Source: a virus
Taxonomy: Duplodnaviria > Heunggongvirae > Uroviricota > Caudoviricetes
DNA: 64,000 bases
Direction: 5' to 3' (one strand)
IMG/VR virus record: IMGVR_UViG_3300046003_006038
Location: 1-64,000 of that record
Of this stretch, positions 42,534 through 50,225 are shown piece after piece. Position 1 is the first letter of the stretch; every line of letters starts with the position of its first letter. Position numbers and translations under genes: made by a program. The notes beneath the pieces were generated by a model. The model had not been told where the DNA came from and did no database searches. It was given only the letters and a program-made list of their open reading frames with translations.

Positions 42534-43976
42534 CTAGTATATTAATTTATGTGTTATACGTTTTTTAGGTCTGTCTGTAATTTTATGTAATTCGAATCTT
42601 TCTCTTGGAACAAACTTCTCAAATGATTCATCCATTGCATCAATTACATTCTCACACATCTGTCTTGCTGACATTCCTGATTCATCAGATATTACCCATT
42701 CTCTTGCTTTCAATCCTTTAGCATCTCTTTCTTCTTTTGACATCTCATATGCCTTTAAAATAGCTTTTGCTACATCTTCTGGTGCACATCTATCGTCAAA
42801 AATATAAGGAGTTGGAACTGAACCTACCAGTGAAATGTTTGAAGGGAATACCGGGATGGCCCATTCACCACACTCCCTATATGTTCCTCTATGGTTAGAA
42901 GGAAAGTCTGAACTGAAGTCAATCCACTTACCATTCTCATCCGTAAATCTCATTTGATCCTGCATACCTCCAGTTACATTTGCAATGATCATTCTACCTG
43001 CCATCATAGTTTCAGTTAGAGATAGTCCCCATCCTTCGTTTGAAGTAATAAGTAATCCTACATCTGCTACATTGTAAAGTAAGTTCATTTGTGGAGTATC
43101 CAGTTTATCCTGAGAGAAGAATACATTTACATTTTCATCACATAGAGCTTCTCTTACCGCATAAAGATCTGTTCCATTTTCATCTACAGCTTGAGTATGC
43201 ATTACAAGTGCACATCTCTTTGCTCTCTCTTCTCCGATTAAATCACAGAATAATTTGTATGAAAGGATGACATCTCCTGGAGATTTTCTTCTAATGTTTC
43301 TTGAATTAAAGAGAACTACAAAGTCGATTTGTTTTTCTCCAAACATATTGTTCTTAAACTCTTGTAATAGTTCAAAATTTTCATGACCTTCTCTAATAGG
43401 AAAGAAGTGTTTATCATTTATTCCATGAGGAACGTACTTGATAATTTTACCCTTAGTAGACTCTCCTAAAACTATTTCATTAATATTTTTAGTTTGTTTT
43501 GAGATTGCCATTAATAAGTCACATGATTCGTAGTATGCTTTATTGTATAACGGTGCTGGAAGATCATCCCAAATGTTTAGGTACATTAGTGGGATTTCAT
43601 TTCTAATTTCTCTCTCTATCTCAAACAACCAAGTCCAATATCTTGGATCTGTGAATATAAAAATTGCATCAGGCTTTTCCTGCTGCATAAGTGAACGTAT
43701 AAGCATTGCATCTCCATATCCATTGCTAGGCAATACTCTTACCCAAGCATCTTCAATATCTGCAAACTTATTTACCTCCGAGGATATATCAAGTCCTTTT
43801 CCTGCATCAGGATGATTAATGGCTGCTCCTACATTAAGCCAATTGAAATGGTGGGCTGTTCCTACAACAATCTCTCTTGCCATAGTTGCGATACCGGAAT
43901 GCATCCTAATATCATCGCATAACAGAAGAATCTTCTTTCGATCTTCTCTCTTTACATAACGAAATTTTTCTTTCAT
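42534..43976 (-). CDS. glycosyltransferase family 4 (GT-B)
   Basis: EGWGLSLTETMMAGRMIIA. Confidence 0.65.
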   Translation of the reverse strand: MKEKFRYVKREDRKKILLLCDDIRMHSGIATMAREIVVGTAHHFNWLNVGAAINHPDAGKGLDISSEVNKFADIEDAWVRVLPSNGYGDAMLIRSLMQQEKPDAIFIFTDPRYWTWLFEIEREIRNEIPLMYLNIWDDLPAPLYNKAYYESCDLLMAISKQTKNINEIVLGESTKGKIIKYVPHGINDKHFFPIREGHENFELLQEFKNNMFGEKQIDFVVLFNSRNIRRKSPGDVILSYKLFCDLIGEERAKRCALVMHTQAVDENGTDLYAVREALCDENVNVFFSQDKLDTPQMNLLYNVADVGLLITSNEGWGLSLTETMMAGRMIIANVTGGMQDQMRFTDENGKWIDFSSDFPSNHRGTYRECGEWAIPVFPSNISLVGSVPTPYIFDDRCAPEDVAKAILKAYEMSKEERDAKGLKAREWVISDESGMSARQMCENVIDAMDESFEKFVPRERFELHKITDRPKKRITHKLIY

Positions 43977-43980
43977 GTAA

Positions 43981-44163
43981 CTACTTTAATTTTAAATTTG
44001 TTTGGTTGTGTAACTTTTGCTTAAAGCTCTCCTCTGTAAGGTATAAGTAAATTGCTCTATCTACAAGTTTCTGTAAGGAAAATTTATACCTCACACATTC
44101 TTCTTTAAATTCTTGAAACAATTCTTGTTCTACCTTTACGCTGGTTAATTTTTTTGTGTCCAT
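43981..44163 (-). CDS. hypothetical small protein
   Basis: ORF in track. Confidence 0.4.
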   Translation of the reverse strand: MDTKKLTSVKVEQELFQEFKEECVRYKFSLQKLVDRAIYLYLTEESFKQKLHNQTNLKLK

Positions 44164-44208
44164 TGTAAGTGTGTTTTTACTGTTATTATATATAAATATA
44201 TACAGTTT

Positions 44209-45144
44209 TTAAAAAGTCGATCCACAATGCTCTGTTCCTCTGTATTCACAGAACATACAATTTGACTTGGAAGGTTTCTTTTCATACTCCTTGTCAATAT
44301 ACTGTCCTTGCTCATCAAAAGCATCGTCAATAAATTTTGCAAGAGCTGTTGTTGCTTGCCCTCTTTTTATCTTTCCTGAAGGTGGTATAAATTCTTGAAC
44401 TCTTCTTCCCATTGCTGGGTATTCTGGATTGGTAGGGACTTTTCTCTTTACAATAAAATACTTTACATCTACCTTGTCAACATCGATATTAAACTGTCTT
44501 GCAAGGAATTCCTTATACAGTAGTAATTGTGCCAGCTTTTTATCATCCTTCTTTGCATAATCATTCCACCCTGAGGTTGATGTTTTAATGTCTAAAATAA
44601 TATACTTGTCATCTTGCTCATCGTATAAAACGATATCGATATACCCTTTAAAAAATACATTATCGGCTATCTTATGTACTAAGGGAATTTCTACTCCTAC
44701 CAACTTATAGTACTTGGTACCAAAGTAATTAGCACGTTTCTTACGGACGTAATTTAATATTTCAACACCATCATTATGAAACTCAGATAACTCCTCAGAA
44801 CTAGAAAAATGTTTTCCATACTTTTCTTTCTCTTCAGTGTAAATACTGAATAGTTTTTGTTCAAGCATTGCACCAAGATCCATTTCATTGGACTTCTTTA
44901 CTGTTCCGTCATAAAGTTCTGTTAACCATTCCTGCATTACCTCATGTACTGCTGTACCAAATACTGTGTGAATGGAAGGTCTATACTCCTGTAGCCCTTT
45001 TACGTACTTCAATGCCCATTGGTGTGGACATGTATTGTATGCTAAAGTTTGACTGTATGAAATTGATTTTTGAGTAGTATAATCTAGTTCAGGTTTACAA
45101 AAGTCTCTAATTAGGCTTACTTGTTTAAGAATCTTCTTTGCCAT
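44209..45144 (-). CDS. Cas4-like PD-(D/E)XK nuclease with Fe-S cysteine cluster
   Basis: N-terminal CPHQW...Y plus C-terminal CMFCEYRGTEHC (the 1+3 Cys arrangement of Cas4/AddB nuclease domains); ILDIKTS (D..K catalytic). Confidence 0.65.
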   Translation of the reverse strand: MAKKILKQVSLIRDFCKPELDYTTQKSISYSQTLAYNTCPHQWALKYVKGLQEYRPSIHTVFGTAVHEVMQEWLTELYDGTVKKSNEMDLGAMLEQKLFSIYTEEKEKYGKHFSSSEELSEFHNDGVEILNYVRKKRANYFGTKYYKLVGVEIPLVHKIADNVFFKGYIDIVLYDEQDDKYIILDIKTSTSGWNDYAKKDDKKLAQLLLYKEFLARQFNIDVDKVDVKYFIVKRKVPTNPEYPAMGRRVQEFIPPSGKIKRGQATTALAKFIDDAFDEQGQYIDKEYEKKPSKSNCMFCEYRGTEHCGSTF

Positions 45145-45394
45145 CTTTTAATTTTCTAAGTTCTCTTTTCAAGTACCACAATGCTTTTTCAAGCTCCTGA
45201 ATTGTGTCGTCTTTCTTACCTGCTCTGGAAATATATTTTATAGTATTTCCTAAGCAGAATCCTAAGTTCCATGCTTCTATAACTTTAATTGCTTCGTAAG
45301 GATTGTCCTTTCCTCCATAGTGTTGAGGGTGGTTAACTAATTCCTTTTTCCTCTTTTGTTTGTCAACAGTATACTTTACCTCTCTTGGATTCAT
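45125..45394 (-). CDS. DUF3310 family protein
   Basis: HYGGKDNPYEAIKVIEAWNLGFCLGNTIKYISRAGKK pattern; start trimmed to MNPREV. Confidence 0.55.
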   Translation of the reverse strand: MNPREVKYTVDKQKRKKELVNHPQHYGGKDNPYEAIKVIEAWNLGFCLGNTIKYISRAGKKDDTIQELEKALWYLKRELRKLKDGKEDS

Positions 45395-45420
45395 ATTATA
45401 ACATTTATATAAGTATAATA

Positions 45421-45455
45421 TAAGAAAAAAGGCTTGCAAAAGCAAGCCTGGTTTT
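45421..45455 (-). terminator. rho-independent terminator
   Basis: ggcttgcaaaagcaagcc hairpin, followed by a T-run on the minus strand. Confidence 0.65.
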
Positions 45456-45856
45456 TATTTTATTAGAAGGTATATACTGAGAAATGTTGCTATACCTGTT
45501 GTTACTTTATAAAATACACTAGCAGTTTTAGCTGATCTTACTTCTTTATGAAGATCATCTGTTAGATGTTCATATTGTCCTATTTGTAATTCTTGTTGAC
45601 GAATGATGAATTTGTTATTCTCATCCTTATCATTTAGTAATTTTATAATCGTATCTTTGTGTGCTTCCCTTTCCTGAAGTTTTGATATCTTTTCTTTAGT
45701 AAGTTCTAATTCAAATTTACATCCATCGTATCTAATAAGATCTGCTACTATAAGTCTAGCAGTCTTAGTTGGAATTATTACTTTGGTTGTATCTGTTTGA
45801 GAAAAACTGCTCAAGCTCAGCATTAGAAAACTTATTAGTACTACTAACTTTTTCAT
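45455..45856 (-). CDS. secreted coiled-coil protein (spanin-like candidate)
   Basis: Signal peptide MKKLVVLISFLMLSLSSFSQ; coiled coil; hydrophobic C-terminus. Confidence 0.45.
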   Translation of the reverse strand: MKKLVVLISFLMLSLSSFSQTDTTKVIIPTKTARLIVADLIRYDGCKFELELTKEKISKLQEREAHKDTIIKLLNDKDENNKFIIRQQELQIGQYEHLTDDLHKEVRSAKTASVFYKVTTGIATFLSIYLLIK

Positions 45857-46145
45857 CTGTTTGTTTTTTTATTATGTTTATATTTTTATCAATATAGTGA
45901 ATTTCTTTTGAAATTCCAAATACTCTTTGTTGGACTGAGTCAATTTTTACTGTTATAGTCTTGTCTATAGTTTTTGCAGAATCAACTTTGGTTTCTATTA
46001 GTTCTATCTGCTTTTTATATTGTTTAATATCAGTAGAAATTCCTTTAGTATTGATAAGGTTCCATATTAATAGTCCTGCAACTAATGCTAGTACTATGTT
46101 TTGCTTGTTAATTGCTGTTATCTCTTTCACCTTTATGTTTATCAA
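45765..46145 (-). CDS. type-II membrane coiled-coil protein (i-spanin-like candidate)
   Basis: N-terminal TM helix IVLALVAGLLIWNL then coiled coil. Confidence 0.45.
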   Translation of the reverse strand: MINIKVKEITAINKQNIVLALVAGLLIWNLINTKGISTDIKQYKKQIELIETKVDSAKTIDKTITVKIDSVQQRVFGISKEIHYIDKNINIIKKQTDEKVSSTNKFSNAELEQFFSNRYNQSNNSN

Positions 46146-46533
46146 GTTTATCTAAAATTTGTATAAGTAACTCATTCTTTACTATACCTACCATTGAAGC
46201 ATTTTTAAAAATAGAAATTAATTGAAATACTAGAAATGGAGCTATAATAGTTTCACTTAACCATGATGTTCCAGTAAACCCTTTCTCTATAGTTAGTATA
46301 GCAGATAGCATTACCACCCAGAATCCAAAGGTTCTTAGTACTTTTAATGCTTTACAAGTTTGGAAACCTTTTGCTTTTGTACCTGCCCATACACCAAAAA
46401 AACCATCAGCAAATACTACAAATGCTACTGAAAGGTATTGTTCGATGTTATCTGCTGTAAGTTCCATAAAGTAGGAACCTATAAATGCACAAGCTGTTGT
46501 CAATGTTAATAGGATTATAAGTGATGTTTTCAT
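46108..46533 (-). CDS. holin candidate (multi-TM membrane protein)
   Basis: 3-4 hydrophobic helices; immediately downstream of the endolysin. Confidence 0.5.
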   Translation of the reverse strand: MKTSLIILLTLTTACAFIGSYFMELTADNIEQYLSVAFVVFADGFFGVWAGTKAKGFQTCKALKVLRTFGFWVVMLSAILTIEKGFTGTSWLSETIIAPFLVFQLISIFKNASMVGIVKNELLIQILDKLDKHKGERDNSN

Positions 46534-46544
46534 GCTATATGTAA

Positions 46545-47156
46545 CTATTTTACAAATTCGTAATACTTTTTAGTTTTTTGATTTCTGTCTTCTAATCCGT
46601 GAGTACCACCGTTAATTCTTTTCGTAAGAGCTAATATGGCTGCATCGTTAATTCCTTTATCGCATATCTCCCACAATTTATTTTTGTCAAAGAAGAACAT
46701 TGCTGATTCGAAAGAATAAGTCGTTGCTACTAGATCTGGATTGGTCATAATTTCTGGCTTGTTTAAGTACTTAGCAAATGCTGCGTAGTTGTCTTTACCA
46801 GTTAATTGAAGAGCTCCTCTTCCTCTAAATTTAAAACCGTCTCCTGATTTTTCATCTCCGTTACCCATTCTTGATGCGTAAACTCTATTAGCAATCTTTT
46901 CAGGATTTCTAGCATATGATTCTTCTAAATTACCTGGGAAGTATTTTCCAAAGATACCTTGAAGTCCTTGTGCTGAATAGTTTAAGTTTTCAGAAAATGC
47001 TTTAAATCCTCCTGTTTCATGAGATGTTTGCGCAAAGAAATGTGCTGCTCTAACTGGAGTTAATTTGTAAAACTCCATTGCTTTTTTCATTGTTCCTGGA
47101 CCAAAAGCACCATCGGCTGTTACTCCGATCTTAGTTTGTAATGCTGCTAAGCTCAT
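46545..47156 (-). CDS. endolysin, glycoside hydrolase family 19 with N-terminal peptidoglycan-binding motif
   Basis: FFAQTSHETGG and RGRGALQLT (GH19 catalytic signature); N-terminal GVTADGAFGPGT PG-binding-like. Confidence 0.8.
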   Translation of the reverse strand: MSLAALQTKIGVTADGAFGPGTMKKAMEFYKLTPVRAAHFFAQTSHETGGFKAFSENLNYSAQGLQGIFGKYFPGNLEESYARNPEKIANRVYASRMGNGDEKSGDGFKFRGRGALQLTGKDNYAAFAKYLNKPEIMTNPDLVATTYSFESAMFFFDKNKLWEICDKGINDAAILALTKRINGGTHGLEDRNQKTKKYYEFVK

Positions 47157-47187
47157 ACTGTACTGTTTTTATTTATAATAAATAGTA

Positions 47188-47628
47188 CTAGAAATCCTTA
47201 TTTAATCCTATACAGAAAGCTTGTGTAGTTGCCCCAAAAGCACTTTGAGTGTTATACGTTACGATAAGTGATAGATTGTCTTTAAGAGGAAAAGCATAAT
47301 TGATGTCATACTCCATTGTAATTTCTTTTTGAAAATAGAACCATCCTATTCCTGCAGATACTGTAATTGGTATTTCTTTACTAATGGGTACAGTTATAAT
47401 TGCCTCTGAGTAAAGTGAATTGCTTTGCAAAGAGAATAATCCTGTGCTTATTCCTATTGCACTATCTCCCACATACTTCCCTACTTCTACAGTACATCCC
47501 AATAAGTTATTAGGATCTCTAACTGTGGAATTAAAAGCCACATTTGGTGCAACACATATGTAATACTTAGCTTGAGAATAACTCATCATAGACACAAGTA
47601 ATATAAGGGATATCAATAGTTTTTTCAT
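47188..47628 (-). CDS. secreted protein (signal peptide)
   Basis: MKKLLISLILLVSMMSYSQA. Confidence 0.5.
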   Translation of the reverse strand: MKKLLISLILLVSMMSYSQAKYYICVAPNVAFNSTVRDPNNLLGCTVEVGKYVGDSAIGISTGLFSLQSNSLYSEAIITVPISKEIPITVSAGIGWFYFQKEITMEYDINYAFPLKDNLSLIVTYNTQSAFGATTQAFCIGLNKDF

Positions 47629-48443
47629 TACTTCTTAACTGTTCTTCTAGTTGTTGTAGGTTTTTTTGCTGCAGGCTTTCTAGCTGCAGGTTTCTTTGCA
47701 GGAGCCTTTCTTCTTGTCTTTGGTTGTTCTTTTGGTTTTTTTATCATTGGATACACAATAGAACCTAGCAATACAACCGCTAGAGCTAAGGCACCTACCA
47801 TAAAATTTGAGAAGTTTTTAAGTAGGCCAATCATCTTTACAGTTTCTTGCCTACCTACTTCAGTTTGTAAATCCATTAAAGCATTTGTGTCATCAAGTAC
47901 AGGAGTAATCTTTTCATTTAGTATTCCTGTTTTTAAAATACTGTCAACAGCTTTCCTATCGGTAACTGCCTTTTCAAGTAACATACTAACCATAGCATCT
48001 ACCTCATCCATTCCTTCTTGGGCATGGTCTACAAGTTTTGCTTCCTCTGGAGTCAGATATGTTGTTTTATAGCTTTCCCACCCCTTTTCAGTTTCTTTTT
48101 TAACTCTCTCTATTTCTCCTCTATTAGCTAGTAGTTGTTCATAGTTAACTACATTACTTGAAAAATTATCCTGAATGGTAGTTCCGTAGTAATCAAATCT
48201 ATGAGAGATAAGAGGTACTGGTTTTAATCTGTCTTCTAATATTGTTGTAGCAGAAGCTTTTATACTTTTCTCTACATAAATTCCATAACCCGCAATAAGT
48301 AAAACTATTGAGGTTAAAACTAACATAAATGTTTTTTGATTATTCATATGACTATTTTCTTTTAACTGGCTTTTTAACAGCTCTAGTAGCTCGTTTAGGT
48401 GGAGTTTGTACCTTTCCTGATTTGATATTTGATAGGAATTCAC
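47628..48443 (-). CDS. membrane protein with basic K/R/P-rich C-terminal tail
   Basis: TM helices; C-terminus KPKEQPKTRRKAPAKKPAARKPAAKKP. Confidence 0.55.
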   Translation of the reverse strand: MNSYQISNQERYKLHLNELLELLKSQLKENSHMNNQKTFMLVLTSIVLLIAGYGIYVEKSIKASATTILEDRLKPVPLISHRFDYYGTTIQDNFSSNVVNYEQLLANRGEIERVKKETEKGWESYKTTYLTPEEAKLVDHAQEGMDEVDAMVSMLLEKAVTDRKAVDSILKTGILNEKITPVLDDTNALMDLQTEVGRQETVKMIGLLKNFSNFMVGALALAVVLLGSIVYPMIKKPKEQPKTRRKAPAKKPAARKPAAKKPTTTRRTVKK

Positions 48444-48747
48444 CAGGATTATTTGAGAAGGATGTGGATATTTTTAAGATACCGCTTAGTATTTCAGGTG
48501 AATTTAAACCTCCCAGGCCATATATCAATGCTTTGTATATAGAATCAATTTCAAATTGTTCTAATATAAACCAAGCCAATAGCGAAGTAATCATAGCTGC
48601 CATAATATTCTTAACAATACTACTAACACTAGTCTCCTCTGGGGAGGTCGAGGTAACCAACCGAGCAATCATTCCTGCTGCACCGATTAACAATACCACC
48701 CAACCCCCATTTATAAATGCAGGTATAAATTCATTTAAGTTCTTCAA
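48352..48747 (-). CDS. membrane protein with basic C-terminus
   Basis: ORF in track; overlaps the downstream gene start, so the true start may be later. Confidence 0.45.
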   Translation of the reverse strand: MKNLNEFIPAFINGGWVVLLIGAAGMIARLVTSTSPEETSVSSIVKNIMAAMITSLLAWFILEQFEIDSIYKALIYGLGGLNSPEILSGILKISTSFSNNPGEFLSNIKSGKVQTPPKRATRAVKKPVKRK

Positions 48748-48758
48748 CGGCTTCAGTT

Positions 48759-49001
48759 TTATTCCGGTTTATTACCCCCTCTGAAGTTGGCGAACTTTTC
48801 GATTACGTCTGGAAGAAAGCTACCTAAGGTTATGTACATGAATGCATCGAAAATGTATTCGTTTAGCTCAAGAGCCTTACCCATATAACCTGTAACAAGG
48901 TCTACTACAATGGCAATTACCATTACCATAAATGACATGAATCCAATTACAACTTTTTCGTTATAATCATTTGACTTTTTAAAAATGCTGAAAAATCCCA
49001 T
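48759..49001 (-). CDS. small membrane protein
   Basis: ORF in track. Confidence 0.5.
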   Translation of the reverse strand: MGFFSIFKKSNDYNEKVVIGFMSFMVMVIAIVVDLVTGYMGKALELNEYIFDAFMYITLGSFLPDVIEKFANFRGGNKPE

Positions 49002-49089
49002 AAAATATTTTTTAAGTTAGTTAGGGTATAACTAATTAGTAATAACAAAATTTTATAGTAACTTATTCAATTTATAATAAATAGGCATA

Positions 49090-49125
49090 AAAAAAAGAGG
49101 CACAAGGCCTCTTTGGTGTTTAAGT
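49090..49125 (-). terminator. rho-independent terminator
   Basis: aaaaaaaagaggcacaaggcctctttggtgttt; the hairpin is followed by U8 on the minus strand. Confidence 0.65.
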
Positions 49126-49135
49126 AAAGTCTGTT

Positions 49136-49393
49136 TTACTCTCCTATGTTCATATGTTTTAATTCCTTTGGTAGGAACTCAGTATTGACATGGCCGCAGG
49201 CCTTGCACGCGAATACCGGAATAGGCATGTAAGTGGTTTGGCCGGTACCTGTTAAAAGTCCCGATGCCTTTCTAATGTGAAGAGCTTCTTCAAAAAATGT
49301 ATGATTACATTTCTCGCATTCTACCGGAAGTGTTTGATCAATCGATAGGTTTAATCTTGGTTGTTCCATTGTTTTTGTTTTTGTGGTGTACAT
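49136..49393 (-). CDS. zinc-ribbon protein
   Basis: CEKCNH...CKACGH. Confidence 0.5.
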   Translation of the reverse strand: MYTTKTKTMEQPRLNLSIDQTLPVECEKCNHTFFEEALHIRKASGLLTGTGQTTYMPIPVFACKACGHVNTEFLPKELKHMNIGE

Positions 49394-49626
49394 AGTTCAT
49401 CCACCTTAGCCTCAACACTGACAATGCTGAATACTGTTGCAGGTGACATTTCTGGGTTTTGTAACGAAAGTGATACTACCTTTTTCAACACTACGTCTAG
49501 ATTTTGTGCAACCATTGCTGCACGAACAATCTCCACTATTGTACCAATTGACTTTTGGTGTGGACTATTCTGCAATAGTCTACCTTCTTGTAATAATTCG
49601 TGATACTTTGCTACTGAATCTGACAT
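49351..49626 (-). CDS. hypothetical protein
   Basis: ORF in track. Confidence 0.5.
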   Translation of the reverse strand: MSDSVAKYHELLQEGRLLQNSPHQKSIGTIVEIVRAAMVAQNLDVVLKKVVSLSLQNPEMSPATVFSIVSVEAKVDELCTPQKQKQWNNQD

Positions 49627-49629
49627 GTG

Positions 49630-49929
49630 TTATTTCTTCTTAGGGTAGTACTTTCTCTTCTTCTTAGTAGGTGTTGTTACTATGTCTACAAGATCTTTTG
49701 CCAACTGCTGTGACTCTTCCTGTGTGGTAGGTGTATTTGTTACCTTGTCAATTTCTTTGATAAGTTCTTTTGCCGACTCTGTAAGACGGGCTTTTGTAGT
49801 ATCCGGGGTAGTTGGAGTATCCTCTTCCATACTCTTTAACGTAGGCTGGTCTTTTGTTAGATAGTACCCAACTCCTGCCGACATTAACACTATAGATACA
49901 ATTAGGATGATAATTTCAATTCCGTTCAT
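49630..49929 (-). CDS. membrane-anchored protein with Thr/Pro-rich and basic C-terminal tail
   Basis: N-terminal TM helix; TPTTQ repeats; KKKRKYYPKKK. Confidence 0.55.
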   Translation of the reverse strand: MNGIEIIILIVSIVLMSAGVGYYLTKDQPTLKSMEEDTPTTPDTTKARLTESAKELIKEIDKVTNTPTTQEESQQLAKDLVDIVTTPTKKKRKYYPKKK

Positions 49930-49940
49930 ATTGCTTTGTT

Positions 49941-50025
49941 TTGTCCCCCCTCCTTGGGTGGGGTGTTAGTAAAATTTGCGCGTGGCACCTTCGGTGAGGA
50001 GAGAAAGCCCCCTCCCCCCCTGCCG
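49941..50025. repeat. GC-rich structured element, copy 2 (core 49972-50017)
   Basis: aaatttgcgcgtggcaccttcggtgaggagagaaagccccctcccc; paired with the copy at 14409-14454. Confidence 0.6.
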
Positions 50026-50225
50026 GTCCTTACTTTGCTTTTGATTCTTCTGTTGAAGCTTTTCTATATTCTGTGATTAATTTCTTAACCTCTCCAATTG
50101 CTTTACGTGCATTGGCTTGTGACTTCTTAGTTGTTCCGTTGTGTTGTGCAACGAATTCTTCATACAACCCATCAATCTTTTCGAATAACTCTTGTTTGTT
50201 CATTTTGTTTGATTTTAAATTAGTA

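Noticed and set aside
24814-43976. Host-derived chromosomal island misassembled into the phage contig.
   Set aside because: The locus has the same strand, AT-richness and codon usage as the flanking phage genes. It is headed and punctuated by the phage-specific promoter element and is translationally coupled to phage ORFs at both ends. This cannot be fully excluded without read-level evidence.
50078-50203. Micro-ORF (41 aa, MNKQELFEKIDGLYENS...) between groEL and GC-rich element copy 2.
   Set aside because: It is too short and has no motif. It is retained only as context for the element and not annotated as a gene.
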